This document shows positions 57,366 through 64,000 of a DNA stretch of 64,000 nt, in pieces. The position numbers were made by a program, and so were the translations under genes. Position 1 is the stretch's first letter, and every line of letters starts with the position of its first letter. Below the pieces are notes generated by a model, which saw only the letters and a list, made by a program, of their open reading frames with translations, did no database searches and had not been told where the DNA came from. The stretch comes from an uncultured Chloroflexia bacterium (GTDB taxonomy: Bacteria; Chloroflexota; Limnocylindria; Limnocylindrales; CSP1-4), in the NCBI GenBank assembly GCA_963772995.1, contig CAVYZQ010000034.1, forward strand, positions 47,050 to 111,049, in the 5' to 3' direction.

Positions 57366-58558
57366 GCGTGGACCTCCGATGTGGCGCGGACGGGTTCGCC
57401 GGGGACGACGTCGTCGAGCGGCACGTCCACCGGTCCCGGCTGGGCCATGATCGCCGCGAGGGCGTCGGGGATCGGATCGACCGAGTCCCAGTCGACCGGC
57501 AGGCGGACCTGGACGTCCTCGGGCCGGACGGCCGCGTCGCCGGCGATGCCCCGCGCGGGATCGGCGGTCCATTCGATGGCGACCGCGCCGGACGTGAACC
57601 CGGCGCCGAAGGCGACGATGACGATCCGGTCGCCGACGGCGACGCGGCCTTCGTTGACGGCCTCCGCCAGCGCGATCGGCACGGACGCCGCCGACGTGTT
57701 GCCGTACCGGTCGAGGTTGACGTACATGCGGTCCATGGGCAGCCCGAGGCCCTTGGCGACCGCCTCGATGATCCGGATGTTGGCCTGGTGCGGGATGAAC
57801 AGGGCGATGTCGGAGGGTTCGAGGCCGGCCCGCTCGATGGCGGCGAGCGCGGTGGAGGCGAGCGTCCGGGTCGCGAACCGGTAGGTCTCCTTGCCCTCCA
57901 TCCGGATGTAGTGCTCGCCGCGCGCGATCGTCTCGGCCGATGGCGGGCTCTTCGCGCCGCCGGCCGGCAGCCAGATCATGTAGGCGCCCTGCGGCTCGGT
58001 CGTGAGCTCCATGCCGAGGCCGCCGCCCGGCTCGTCCGCAGCCGAGACGACCACCGCTCCCGCACCGTCGCCGAACAGGATGCAGGTGTTCCGGTCGGAG
58101 TAGTCGAGGAACCTGGTGAGCAGCTCGGCGCCGATGACGAGGACGTGCTTCGCGAGCCCGCTCATCACGTAGGCATGCGCAGTCGAGTACGCGTACACGA
58201 AGCCCGAACAGGCCGCAGCCACGTCCATCGCGGCCGCCCGCGTGTTGCCGATCGCTTCCTTGACCAGGGCCGCCGTCGAGGGCATCCAGTAATCGGGGGT
58301 GAGGGTGGCGAGCAGGATCAGGTCGATCTCGTCAGGGTCGATGCCCGCCGTTCGGATCGCGCGGAGGGACGCCACGGCCGCCATCGAGGCGGTGGTCTCG
58401 TGCGCGGCGGCCACCCGACGCTCGCGGATCCCGGTCCGCGTCCGGATCCACTCGTCGGACGTCTCGACCATCCGTTCCAGGTCGGCGTTGGTGAGGACCT
58501 GCGACGGGGCGTAGCGTCCCCAGCCGGTGATGTGGGCGGAGCGGGGATGCGTCGTCAC
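57362..58558 (-). CDS. fabH: beta-ketoacyl-ACP synthase III FabH with a ~70-aa C-terminal extension
   Basis: ITGWGRYAPSQVLTNADLE..., DVAAACSGF (Cys), IPHQANIRI (His), GNTSAASVP (Asn). GTGA overlap with the accB stop. Confidence 0.88.
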   Translation of the reverse strand: MTTHPRSAHITGWGRYAPSQVLTNADLERMVETSDEWIRTRTGIRERRVAAAHETTASMAAVASLRAIRTAGIDPDEIDLILLATLTPDYWMPSTAALVKEAIGNTRAAAMDVAAACSGFVYAYSTAHAYVMSGLAKHVLVIGAELLTRFLDYSDRNTCILFGDGAGAVVVSAADEPGGGLGMELTTEPQGAYMIWLPAGGAKSPPSAETIARGEHYIRMEGKETYRFATRTLASTALAAIERAGLEPSDIALFIPHQANIRIIEAVAKGLGLPMDRMYVNLDRYGNTSAASVPIALAEAVNEGRVAVGDRIVIVAFGAGFTSGAVAIEWTADPARGIAGDAAVRPEDVQVRLPVDWDSVDPIPDALAAIMAQPGPVDVPLDDVVPGEPVRATSEVHA

Positions 58559-59072
58559 AGGGGTTCCACCTCGATGAGCGGCTGCTTGGCCTTGACCAGG
58601 GCCCCGCTGTCGGGTACGACCCGGACCACCCGCCCGGCGAGGTCCGACTTGATCTCGTTGAACAGCTTCATCGCCTCGATGAGGCCGATGACCTGGCCGA
58701 CCGCGACCTCCCCGCCGACCTGGACGTAGGGCGCCGTCCCGGGCGCCGGGCGACGCGTAGAAGATGCCGGTCAGCGGGGCCTTGACACTCGGCCGGGCGA
58801 TGGCGGCCGGGTCGCGCCCCGCGGTCGAGGGCTCGCCCGTCGAGGCGGCGTCCTGGGGAGCGGCCGAGCTGCACGGCCGGGGTCCCGACGGCGGTCACCC
58901 CGATCGCCACCGGCTTGCGCAGGATGAGGCCCGTCTCGCCGGACTGGATCTCGAGCTCGGACAGATCGGACCGCTCGAGGAGCTCGGCGAGGCGGTCGAT
59001 GAGTCCGAGGAGCTCGACGTCGGCCCCGTCGCTCGGCTCGGGCGCCGTGGGCAGCGCCGTCTCCTCGGTCAT
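58555..59072 (-). CDS. accB: biotin carboxyl carrier protein AccB (canonical EAMK motif) with two frame breaks (~58865, ~58745)
   Basis: MTEETALP..ELLGLIDRLAELLERSDLSELEIQSGETGLILRK / AAPQDAASTGE..VKAPLTGIFYASP / APGTAPYVQVGGEVAVGQVIGLIEAMKLFNEIKSDLAGRVV..IEVEPL-stop. Confidence 0.75.
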
Positions 59073-60331
59073 CGATCGGGGGACACGAAGATGAGTGCCG
59101 TGTTCTGGCCGCCGAACCCGAACGAGTTGCTCAGCGCGGTCCGAACCTCGCGCCGAGCCGCCCGGTTCGGCGTGAGATCGAGCCCCTCGGCGGCGGGGTC
59201 CGGGTCGTCGAGGTTGATCGTCGGGGGCACGCAGCCATGGCGCATCGTGAGGACCGTGATGATGGCCTCGATCGCACCGGCGGCGCCGAGGGTGTGTCCG
59301 AGCATCGACTTGTTGGCCGTGATCGACAGCTCCGGCGCGTGGTCGCCGAAGATGGTCCGGATCGCCTGGAGCTCCGACTTGTCGCCCTCGGGTGTCGAGG
59401 TCGCGTGGGCGTTCACATGGTCGATCTCGGCCGGTTCCATGCCGGCTTTGCGCAGCGCGATCCGGGCAGCCCGCACCGCCCCGATCCCGCCCGGTGCCGG
59501 GAGCGTGATGTGGGAGGCGTCGGCCGTGGCGCCGTAGCCGACCAGCTCGGCGAAGATCGGCGCCCCGCGCGACTCGGCGTGATCGAGCGCCTCGAGGACG
59601 ACGACTCCGGCGCCCTCGCCGATGACGAACCCGTCGCGGCCCATGTCGAACGGGCGGGATGCGCCCTCCGGGTCGTCGTTCCGCGTGGACAGCGCGCGCA
59701 TGGCGGCGAATCCGCCGACCATCGGCTCGAAGATGCCGGCCTCGGAGCCGCCCGCGACCATGATGTCGGCATCCCCGCGCCGGATGATCTCGCTCGACTC
59801 GCCGAGCGCGTGGCCGCCGGTGGCACACGCGGAGACGGTCGTGAAGTTCGGGCCGGTCATCCCGAACTGGATGGCGATCTGGCCCGAGCCGATGTTCGGG
59901 ATGCCCATCGGGATGAGGAACGGGCTGATCCGGTCCGGACCGCGGGTGATGTTGGTGTTGAAGCCGTCGATGAGCGTCCCGATGCCGCCAAGCCCTGTTC
60001 CGAGGATGACTCCGGTCCGTTCGGCGAGGTCGCCCTCGAACCGTTCGGGCAGGCCGGCCGCATCGAGCGCCTCACGTGCGGCGATGAGGCCGAACTGGAT
60101 GTAGCGGTCGGTGCGCCTCAGCTCCTTGCGATCGAGCAAGCCGCTGGCGTCGAAGTCGCGGGTCTCTGCGGCGATGCGGGAGGTGAGCCTGGCGGGGTCG
60201 AAGTTCTCGATGGTCCGCACGCCGGGCCGCCCGGCGACGAGGCCCTCCCAGGTGCTCGGAAGGTCGTTGCCCAGGGCGGTGACCAGGCCCATCCCGGTCA
60301 CGACCACGCGCCGTCGCTCAGCGGAAGTCAT
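59069..60331 (-). CDS. fabF: beta-ketoacyl-ACP synthase II FabF
   Basis: RRVVVTGMGLVT.., TVSACATGG (Cys), NAHATSTPEGD (His), GHTLGAAG (His), NSFGFGGQN. ATG 60331 (alternative 60346). ATGA overlap with the accB start. Confidence 0.9.
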   Translation of the reverse strand: MTSAERRRVVVTGMGLVTALGNDLPSTWEGLVAGRPGVRTIENFDPARLTSRIAAETRDFDASGLLDRKELRRTDRYIQFGLIAAREALDAAGLPERFEGDLAERTGVILGTGLGGIGTLIDGFNTNITRGPDRISPFLIPMGIPNIGSGQIAIQFGMTGPNFTTVSACATGGHALGESSEIIRRGDADIMVAGGSEAGIFEPMVGGFAAMRALSTRNDDPEGASRPFDMGRDGFVIGEGAGVVVLEALDHAESRGAPIFAELVGYGATADASHITLPAPGGIGAVRAARIALRKAGMEPAEIDHVNAHATSTPEGDKSELQAIRTIFGDHAPELSITANKSMLGHTLGAAGAIEAIITVLTMRHGCVPPTINLDDPDPAAEGLDLTPNRAARREVRTALSNSFGFGGQNTALIFVSPDR

Positions 60332-60509
60332 CGTTACGCCCACCATTCCGAGAATCCGCCCGTCAGGACGGTGCAGCGCAAGGCGGAGCCGAGCATGCCC
60401 GCTCCGAGGTGCGAGGCGACGCCACCGCGAGCCATCGGTCCGAGGATTGCGTGAGCGAGGGAGCGGAGGCGACAACGCGGCGAAGCGCCGTCATGACGGG
60501 CGGCCGATG

Positions 60510-61256
60510 TCATCGCACCAACTTGCCTGTGCGGACCGTCGCGGCCCTGTAGACGTCGCCGGGGAGCCCGCGGGCTGAGATGGCGTTCGCGACCGCGAGA
60601 GCGTCGAACTCGGTGCGGTGGATCTCCGCGTTCACTTCGCCGTCGACGATGTCGACGCGCGCCCACGTGGCCGTCGCGTCGCCGTCGAGGACATAGCCCG
60701 CCGACCCGTCGTTGACGATGACCTTCCAGCCGAGATCGCGGATCTCGGGCAGGTGGGTGTGGCCGCAGGCGATGACCCGCGCATCGGTGCCCGACACCCG
60801 CTCGATGATGACGGTCGGATCGAGCGCCTGGTCGAAACCCGCCGTCTGCGAGCCGGGCGAGGCGTGGCACACGAGGATCATCGTTCCGTCCTCGGCCCGG
60901 AGACGGCGCTCGGCCGGCAGGCGACGGAGCCAGGCCAGCCGCTCATCCCCGAGCTGGTCGTGCGCCCATTCGGTGGCGGCGACGAACGTGTCCGGGATGC
61001 CGTCGCGGTATTGCGGCCAGGCTGCGCCGTAGTCGAAGTCTGCGACCGCGATGTCCGTGTTGCCGGCGATGATCGCCGCGCCTTCGGCCTCCATCTCCCG
61101 CAGGCGGTCCACGGTCCCGGCCGGGTCGGGCCCGTTGAGCGCAAGGTCGCCGGCGACCGCCACGAGGTCGGGCTTCTCCGAGCGGAGGGCCGCCCGCACG
61201 GCATCGAGCGCGACCGAGTTGCCGTGCACATCCGAGAGCACGAAGAGCCGCGTCAT
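60510..61256 (-). CDS. metallophosphoesterase (YfcE/MJ0936-like)
   Basis: LFVLSDVHGN, VAGDLALNG, GNTD, CHASP, ACGHTH. This is the canonical calcineurin-like motif series. Confidence 0.8.
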   Translation of the reverse strand: MTRLFVLSDVHGNSVALDAVRAALRSEKPDLVAVAGDLALNGPDPAGTVDRLREMEAEGAAIIAGNTDIAVADFDYGAAWPQYRDGIPDTFVAATEWAHDQLGDERLAWLRRLPAERRLRAEDGTMILVCHASPGSQTAGFDQALDPTVIIERVSGTDARVIACGHTHLPEIRDLGWKVIVNDGSAGYVLDGDATATWARVDIVDGEVNAEIHRTEFDALAVANAISARGLPGDVYRAATVRTGKLVR

Positions 61257-61284
61257 CGAACGGCCTCGCGGCCCGCCGTCGCGG

Positions 61285-61740
61285 TCATCTCAGCACACCT
61301 TCGCCCGGGATGATGAACGAGATCGTCGCCTCGCACGCCGTCTCGCCATCGACGCTCGCCACGCCCCTGCCGCGCCCGAACCGCCCGCCGAGCTTGTCCA
61401 TCGTGACCTCGAGCCGAAGCGTGTCGCCCGGGGTCACGACCCGCTTGAAGCGGCAGTCGTCAAGGCCGGCGAACAGCCCGATCCTGTCCCCGAAGCCCGG
61501 CTGCTTGGCGACGTAGACCGCCATCGTCTGGGCAAGGGCCTCGACCTGGAGGACGCCAGGCATCACGGGCAGGCCGGGGAAGTGGCCCTGGAAGAACCAT
61601 TCGGTGGCGGTCACCCCCTTGAGCCCCACGATCCGCTTCGCCTCGGGGTCGTACTCCACGATCCGGTCCACGAGAAGGAACGGCCAGCGGTGCGGGATGA
61701 GGCCCTGGATCTCGGCGGGCGTATGGATGGTCTCGGTCAT
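61285..61740 (-). CDS. fabZ: 3-hydroxyacyl-ACP dehydratase FabZ
   Basis: ATG 61740. IPHRWPFLLVDRI, FFQGHFPGLPVMPGVLQVEALAQ. Confidence 0.9.
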   Translation of the reverse strand: MTETIHTPAEIQGLIPHRWPFLLVDRIVEYDPEAKRIVGLKGVTATEWFFQGHFPGLPVMPGVLQVEALAQTMAVYVAKQPGFGDRIGLFAGLDDCRFKRVVTPGDTLRLEVTMDKLGGRFGRGRGVASVDGETACEATISFIIPGEGVLR

Positions 61741-61831
61741 TGGCGGCTCCTGGGGCGACGCCGACCAGTCTGGCCGCTCGGGCGCGGTCCATGCGCGGCG
61801 GTGCGTGCAGGTCTGCACACCAACGCCGTCG

Positions 61832-63203
61832 TCACGCCCGCGCCGCGGCCGCCAGGAAGGCCGCGCTCCCGACCCGGTCGAGAAGGTTCGTCGTCATCCG
61901 GCCCTCGAGGAAGGCCTCGTTCGAGAGCATCGCCTGGTGGATCGCGACATTCGTCTTCAGGCCGTCGACGACCAGCTCGTCGAGGGCGACCCGGCTGCGG
62001 GCGATGGCCGTGGGACGGTCGGGTCCCCACACGATGAGCTTGCCGATCAGCGAGTCGTAGAAGGGCGGCACCTCGTACTCGCCGTACAGGTGGGAATCCA
62101 TCCTGACGCCCGGGCCGCCCGGGGCGTGGTAGCGCTCCACGATCGCCGGCGTCCGGCCGGAAGTCGTGGGTCGGGTCCTCGGCGTTGATCCGGAACTCGA
62201 TGGCGTGCCCGCGGAAGACCACGTCGGCCTGCGAGAGCCCGAGCGGCTCGCCGGCCGCGATCCGGATCTGCATCGCGACCATGTCCAGACCGGTCAGCAT
62301 CTCCGTGACCGGGTGCTCGACCTGGATACGGCAGTTGATCTCGATGAAGTAGAACGCGCCGGCCGGGTCGACGAGGAACTCGAGGGTGCCGACGTTCTCG
62401 TATCCGGCGGCGACGACCGCGCGAAGGGCGCGCTCGGCGAGCTCGGCGCGCGCGGCGGGACCGAGGGCGGGCGTCGGCGCCTCCTCGATGATCTTCTGGT
62501 GGCGCCGCTGGACCGAACAGTCGCGCTCGCCCAGGTGGATGCCGTGCCCGAACCGGTCGATCGCCACCTGGACCTCGACGTGGCGGTTCTCGTCGAGCCA
62601 CTTCTCGAGATACAGAGAATCGTCGCCGAACGCCGCCTTGGCCTCCGAGCGGCAGACCCGCATCGCGGCCTCGAGCTCTCGCGGGGTGCGCACCATGCGC
62701 ATGCCCTTGCCCCCACCCCCGGCCGACGGCTTGATGAGGACCGGGTAGCCGATCCGTTCAGCCTCGCCCAGCGCATGCATCTCGTCGCGCAGCATCCCGT
62801 TCGAGCCGGGGATGATCGGCAGGCCGTAGCCGCCCAGGAGCTCACGCGTCCCGGCCTTGCTGGCGAACCGTTCGAGGACGGCCGCCGACGGCCCGATGAA
62901 CGTCAGACCGTGAGCGGCCACGACGTCGGCGAATCCCTCGTCCTCCGACAGGAAGCCGTAGCCAGGGTGGATCGCGTCGCAGCCGGTCACGAGCGCCGCC
63001 GAGATGACCGCGGGCGCCGACAGGTACGAGCGCCGCGCGTCGGCCGGCCCGATGCAGATCGCCTCGTCCGCCAGCTGCACCGCGAGCAATTCGCGGTCGG
63101 CCTCGCTGTACGCGACGACGGCCTCTGCACCGACCGTCCGGCACGCACGCAGGATGCGCAGGGCGATCTCGCCGCGATTGGCGATGAGGATCTTGCGGAA
63201 CAC
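61832..63203 (-). CDS. accC: acetyl-CoA carboxylase biotin carboxylase AccC with one frame break near 62150
   Basis: (GTG)FRKILIANRGEIALRI.., GYPVLIKPSAGGGGKGMR, EINCRIQVEHPVTE. The C-terminus ..YHAPGGPGVRMDSHLYGEYEVPPFYDSLIGKLIVWG.. lies in the frame of ORF 61832..62140. Confidence 0.88.
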
Positions 63204-63204
63204 C

Positions 63205-63867
63205 TCAGGCCTCGGCAGGCCCGCCCGGCGCGGCGGACCCCGCGGAGGCGAACTCGATGACGATCAGGTCCTGGCCGAACTCGACGGCGTCGCCGGGCTC
63301 GACGAGGCTGGCGCCGACCACGCCATCGGCAGGGGCGACGACCTCCTGCGGGATCCCGAGGACGTCCACCGAGCCGAGACGATCGCCGGCCCGGACCTTG
63401 GTCCCGGCCCGCGCGTCCGAGCGTGGCTGGAAGATGCCCACGGCCGGCGAGCTGGCGACCGTCCTGGTCGTGTCGCGGGCGCCATCGCGGCCCTCCCGGC
63501 CGTCGCGGCCATCACGTCCCTCGCGTCCGTCGCGGCCCGGTCCGACGGGAGTCAGCCCCGCGACGTGGCCGGGATGACCCAGATGACTGGGCGATGAGGG
63601 CGCCGCTGCGGCCCGGCCTCCCCGTTCCCCCCGGTCGCGCTCGGTTTGTCGCCGGTCGCGGCCCGGGGCGCCATCGGCCGGACGGCGAAGCCGGACCCGC
63701 CAGGAGCCCTCGCGGACCTCGAGCTCGCCGAGACCCGTCGCCGCGAGCTTCGCCATGAGCTGGGGGAGCAACTCGACGCTGAGCCGCTCGATGGCGGCGT
63801 GGTCGGCGGCTCGCTCCGACGAGGTGCGGCCGGCGCGGCCGGGACCTGACATGGTCTGTTCGGGCAC
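63205..63867 (-). CDS. BCCP-like biotinyl/lipoyl-domain protein lacking the biotinylatable lysine, with a GRDGRE repeat linker
   Basis: The N-terminal BCCP-like helix is IERLSVELLPQLMAKLAATGLGELEV. The C-terminal hammerhead is SSPAVGIFQP..VRAGDRLGSVDVLGIPQEVVAPADGVV..FGQDLIVIE. DVLG occupies the position of EAMK. The stop lies 1 nt before the accC GTG. The start is GTG 63867 or ATG 63852. Confidence 0.65.
   Translation of the reverse strand: MPEQTMSGPGRAGRTSSERAADHAAIERLSVELLPQLMAKLAATGLGELEVREGSWRVRLRRPADGAPGRDRRQTERDRGERGGRAAAAPSSPSHLGHPGHVAGLTPVGPGRDGREGRDGRDGREGRDGARDTTRTVASSPAVGIFQPRSDARAGTKVRAGDRLGSVDVLGIPQEVVAPADGVVGASLVEPGDAVEFGQDLIVIEFASAGSAAPGGPAEA
63475..63540 (-). repeat. 9-nt periodic low-complexity repeat (GRD/GRE x 7) in the BCCP-like linker
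   Basis: Translation reads PGRDGREGRDGRDGREGRDGARD. Confidence 0.7.
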
Positions 63868-63870
63868 TCG

Positions 63871-64000
63871 CTAGATCTCCTCGCGGGCTGGCGGCTCGTC
63901 GCGCGGTCGGGTCGGAGCGAGGGCTCCGACGGCACGCCGGCCCGGATCGAGCAGGTCGCGCAAACGGTCGCTGAAACCTCGCACGGGCGGGAGCTGGGTG
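63871..64000 (-). CDS. 3' end of an unidentified gene (last 42 codons; the rest lies beyond the right edge)
   Basis: An open frame runs to the TAG at 63871-63873 (..PVRGFSDRLRDLLDPGRRAVGALAPTRPRDEPPAREEI-stop). GC3 is high. No family was recognised. Confidence 0.3.
   Translation of the reverse strand, partial: TQLPPVRGFSDRLRDLLDPGRRAVGALAPTRPRDEPPAREEI

Noticed and set aside
1-64000. Search for mobile elements, prophage genes, integrases, transposases and rRNA operons
   Set aside because: No ORF shows integrase (R..HxxR..Y), DDE transposase, terminase or capsid-like motifs, and no terminal inverted repeats flank the low-GC island. No 16S, 23S or 5S conserved blocks were seen. Absence by eye is not proof.

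Overview
High-GC (about 70-75% judged from sampled lines, not computed) bacterial chromosomal segment. It probably comes from a monoderm high-GC lineage (Actinomycetota or Chloroflexota-like), but taxonomy cannot be resolved from sequence alone. I support about 55 protein genes. I found no rRNA, tRNA, CRISPR array, integrase or transposase. Layout, left to right: (1) MFS transporter, class II aldolase, DinB and a vapBC toxin-antitoxin pair. (2) A cAMP-type signalling patch at 2.5-8.6 kb: NUDIX, FAD oxidoreductase, two stand-alone cNMP-binding proteins and a class III cyclase-ATPase-TPR giant. Its reading frames are broken unusually often. (3) Housekeeping genes: SRPBCC, thyX, punA, moaA, acs, MscS channel, class III aminotransferase and DUF885. 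(4) An orphan 953-aa methyltransferase-like / Zn-ribbon / nuclease-like protein. (5) DinB, a TPR protein, an unexplained array of phased hairpin repeats, a membrane protein, PolX and a GAF-GGDEF protein. (6) A stand-alone MgtE cytoplasmic-domain protein translationally coupled to an NRAMP-family transporter whose metal-site motifs are all replaced. (7) Nitrilase-family protein, MBL-rhodanese fusion and ugd. (8) A lower-GC cell-wall glycan cluster at about 38-56.6 kb: DUF3048, LCP ligase, WbaP-like primer, GT2, Wzm/Wzt, a methyltransferase with a repeat-built coiled coil, RgpF paralogs, WbsX, GT4, GT-C-like membrane proteins and two more methyltransferases. (9) A FAS-II/ACC operon: fabG, fabH, accB, fabF, a metallophosphoesterase, fabZ, accC and a lysine-less BCCP paralog. 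About 30 frameshifts and one in-frame stop interrupt otherwise recognisable genes, including essential ones. The sequence therefore probably carries indel errors, and every 'pseudogene' reading is provisional. All coordinates of frame breaks are approximate (within about 30 nt). All family assignments rest on motif recognition by eye, not on database searches.
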